The notes under the pieces are model-generated. The model was not told the DNA's origin, searched no databases, and saw only the letters and a program-made list of their open reading frames with translations. A DNA stretch of 64,000 bases from NCBI RefSeq assembly GCF_963921235.1, contig NC_086097.1:166224001-166288000 (forward strand), read 5' to 3'. This DNA comes from Mobula hypostoma (Eukaryota). The position numbers were made by a program, and so were the translations under genes. Below, in pieces: positions 60,450-64,000 of this stretch; within the stretch, counting starts at the first letter, position 1; the number at the start of each line of letters is the position of its first letter.

Positions 60450-60905
60450 TGAACTGAATTGACTTTATTTCTTACATCCATCACATACATGAGGAATAAA
60501 AATCTTTACGTTACATCTCAATGTGCAATCATAGTAATTTATAATAATTTATAATAAATAGAACAGTCAATGTAACTTAGAATACACTCAAATCAGCATG
60601 AGTTAATCAGTCTAGTGGCCTGGTGGAGGAAGCTATCCTGGAGCTGGTTGGTCCTGGCTTTTAGGCTGTGGTACCGTTTCCCAGATGGTAGCAGCTGGAA
60701 TAGATTGTGGTTGGGGTGACTCGGGTCCCCAATGATCCTTCGGGCCCTTTTGTTACACCTGTCTTCGTAAATGTCCTGAATCATGGGAAGTTCACATCTA
60801 CAGATGTGTTGGGCTGTCCCCACTGCTCTCTGCAGAGTCCTGCGATTAAAGGAGGTACAGTTCCCATACCAGGCAGTGATGCAGCCAGTCAGGATGCTCT
60901 CAATC
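60450..60905 (-). mobile_element. Rex1/Babar-type 3' end (nested)
   Basis: IIGDPSHPNHNLFQLLPSGKRYHSLKARTNQLQDSFLHQATRLIN, then an AATAAA tail. Confidence 0.85.
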
Positions 60906-63367
60906 AGGATGTAGTCAGGATGGTCTCCCGATGAGGATTCAAGGATCAGTTGTCATTAGCTTAATCATGTCGGCAGTAAGGGGTATCAACTTTAAATTCC
61001 TCCGTGTTATTATTTCACAGGATCTGTCCTGAGTCCAGCATGTAAGTGTGACGGGTTAAGTTCAAAGTTCAAAATAAATATATTGTCATAGTACATATAT
61101 GTCACCACACTCCACCATTGTACATATATATTAACCCCTCCCCACCACTGAGCACACATCTACAAGGAACGTTGCGCAGGAAAGCAGCATCCATCAAGGA
61201 CCCCCACCACCCAGCCCTTGCTCTCTTCTCACTGCAGCCATCACAGAGAAGGTACAGGAGCCTCAGGACCTGCACTACAAGGGTCAGGAACACTTATTAC
61301 CCTTCAACCATCAGGCTCTTGAAGCAGAGGAAATAATTTCACTCAACTTCACTCGACCCATCACTAAGCTGGACTCACTTTTTAGGGCACAGTTCGTTTT
61401 TTAAAATTTTGCACATTGATTGATGTCTGTCGGGTTGGGCATGGTCTTTCATTGATTCTGTTGTGTTTCCTGTATTTGCTGTGAATGCCCACAAGAAAAT
61501 TAATCTCAGGTTGCATATGATGATGTACTGTATATGTACTTTGATGATAAAATTACTTTGAACAACATAATGGGCCGAGGGGCCTGTGGCTGTGTTGTAC
61601 TGTTTGATGTTCTATGTCCTAATTAAAACAGGATGAGATTCAAAATGAAAGCAAAATAAACAATCACTCCTCTTTACAAGATGGTTATTAATTGCATTTT
61701 TAAACTACATTAACCACTATACAACTTCCTGGAGAGGAGGGATGCAGCTTGTTGTATCTGTTTTCAAACAGACACTGCTTTTGATCAATTATACACGCTT
61801 TCATGAATCTGGGAGGGCTGCATCTGCCAGAGGAAACATGCCTTTGAATCTTTTGGATGTAGTGTAAGTCTATAAAATGAGATAAATGGTTTAAAATACA
61901 GGTATCTTTTTGAAGACTGGAGAGCCATAAACATCTAATGTACCAACAAAGCAATTATGTGGCTCCCTGCAACAGTAATGGCTGTCTGTTATGAAAAGAT
62001 TCAACCAACTACAAATGTCACAGCAAATTGATCCAATTAACTTGACCTACGACTTTGCCTTTAAAGGGTAAGCTGGCTGGATGACACACTCTTTGAAATT
62101 TTATAATACCCATACTCGGCATGTTATAAAGGATGCCACTGATTTTCATACCAGCACATTTAGCACAATGGATTACTGTGTGGGGTCAGATGGATTATTA
62201 CTCTTTTTGAAAAGTGAATTAATTTATCATCGGCAACCAAAGCACAGCACCAGCTCTGGATAAGCACAATTTTAATCTCAGCATTAAATTCCAACGCTCT
62301 CAAGTTTCTTTTTCACTCCTCCAGATCCAGACAGGAGAATAAGTGAACCATTCTACTTCAGTCTGTGCCTCCAATGGACAATCTGCTCAAAAATATGACT
62401 GGAATATTTCTATTTATTTCAAATTTAATGATAACATTTTACTGAACTGCCAAGTGAAACTCGGAGAAGGTGAATGAGGTTTTTATGATATTTATAAGGA
62501 ACAAGTCACCTGCATTCATAGAAAATACTTTGTTGGCTTTTACCAACAACGCGTGAAGGGGAATAAAGCTTGCTTCAAAGAAGCGCTCCGATGATTTCCA
62601 TATGAACTGAGATACCTTTGTTAGAATTATCACAGAAGCCAATTTCACCTCACTAACAATATGAAGAACAAATGCCTCCAACTGGTTGATTCTCATATGT
62701 TGATTGATGCAAGTTATTTTAAGCTTTCACACAACCACTACATTTCTCGGCAAGCCATTTCGGCCTTTATCAGGATCCCACTCCTTTTTTGCCTTAAAAA
62801 AACTTCAACTTGATTCAACTTCCGTTGTTCTTAAGGAAATGCTACATTGTACCTAAGATTAAAGGGACACTTACTTGTTTTCAGTTCCCTGGTTCCAAGG
62901 ATGCTGCTCTATCCTTGTGGTGGGAGTCAGGCAGAAAATGCATGGCTAATGGTTATACAGTGAGTGTTCATGACATGTTTATTTAAATATTACTTCTCAG
63001 GAAAATAGAAACCAATGTCATAGATGAAAGAGGATGCATTAACATGGACTGTTAAATTTCATCTGTTAAATTAATGCACCTTCGGTAAGATACTGGCACT
63101 GAAGAATGGCTAACCACCCACCCCCGCCCTAGCTCCCTTTCACCTGCATTCAGTCAATTCATCCTGAGAAGAACAAACTGCTCTGACAATTCAGAAGCTG
63201 ACCTGTTTTAGATTCCTCTTAATCCAAGTGAGACCAGTCTCAAAGTCATGCAGCTGCTAACTACTTCTAAACTACAAAGATACCACTGTTTCTTTACTTC
63301 TGCTGGAACCTCCTACATTGATTGATTATGCATGGTACATCCACCTGGTCCAAGTTATTTAACGGCC

Positions 63368-63715
63368 AGAGTTAGAATCACGGAAACAGGCCCTTTGCCT
63401 TAACCAGTTCATGGCAACCATGGTGCCTAGCTGGCTAATCTCAATTTCCTTCGTTTTGTCCATACCCCTCCAAGCCCTGCCCCACAATCTACTTCTGCAA
63501 GTGCTTCTTAAACGATACCCTTGCACCTGTCGCAACCACTTCCTCTGGCAGCTCATTCCACATACTCACCACCCTCTGCGTGAAAAAGTAGCCCATCAAA
63601 TCCCTTTTAAGACTTTGCCCTGTCACCTTAAACCTATGCCACCAGGCTTTGGACTCCAGTACCCTGGGACAAAAAATATTACCATCTATTTCTGCCTCTC
63701 AGCATTTTAAACAGT
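63368..63715 (-). mobile_element. Degenerate CR1 3' fragment
   Basis: Reverse complement encodes FTQRVVSMWNELPEEVVATG. Confidence 0.8.
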
Positions 63716-64000
63716 TCTACAATGTTGTCATTCATTGCCTATGTTTCACATTCTTCAAAGAACTTCAAAGCTACTTCTTCAAAGAACTCTAATAAACAGA
63801 TTAAACATCTCTCATTTACAGAACCATATTAATTTTTCCTGACTATTTTGAGTTTTTCTCAGTACCTTGCTATAAACTATTTAATAACAGCTCTAACCTT
63901 CGTAGCTGCTGTCTGATCTGCCAAGTGTTTCTAATATTCTCCATATGTTTTGTGAGAAGAGAAACAAAATCAGGAGACTTAATGTCAGGTGTTAAAGATT

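Larger units (their letters stand above)
56980..61562 (+). mobile_element. Long degenerate Rex1/Babar-type LINE hosting several insertions
   Basis: PLPTILLGNVQ endonuclease start, YPNQKLW, SCLNDSHPVALTSMMKCFEKLV, LQFAYR and IKDPHHP...YYPSTIRLL. Confidence 0.82.

Noticed and set aside
62439..62696. 85-aa minus-strand ORF (similarly 26380-26709)
   Set aside because: No recognisable homology, and the length is within chance expectation.

Overview
This is eukaryotic, transposon-dominated DNA, most likely intronic or intergenic sequence of a cartilaginous fish (ray or shark); that assignment is inferred from the repeat spectrum. I recognised no intact host gene, tRNA, rRNA or CRISPR array. The window holds many CR1 LINEs (two young copies with open RT frames), Rex1/Babar-type and RTE LINEs, Penelope-like elements (PLEs), two Gypsy LTR elements, solo LTRs, tRNA-derived SINEs and Tc1/mariner/hAT remnants, often nested with readable target-site duplications (TSDs). 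Main observations: (1) an old Gypsy element (15828-22822) has its RT/RNaseH/integrase core replaced by an intronless ~0.6-kb fragment of host RBM25 mRNA, which suggests LTR-mediated gene capture; (2) PLE termini carry intact minimal hammerhead ribozyme cores, and related short insertions form fold-back hairpins with 14-16 bp TSDs; (3) an RTE insertion has an inverted 5' part that may contain a decayed HDV-like ribozyme; (4) a mariner-type MITE has four terminal-repeat copies. All family names come from motif recognition by eye, not from database searches.
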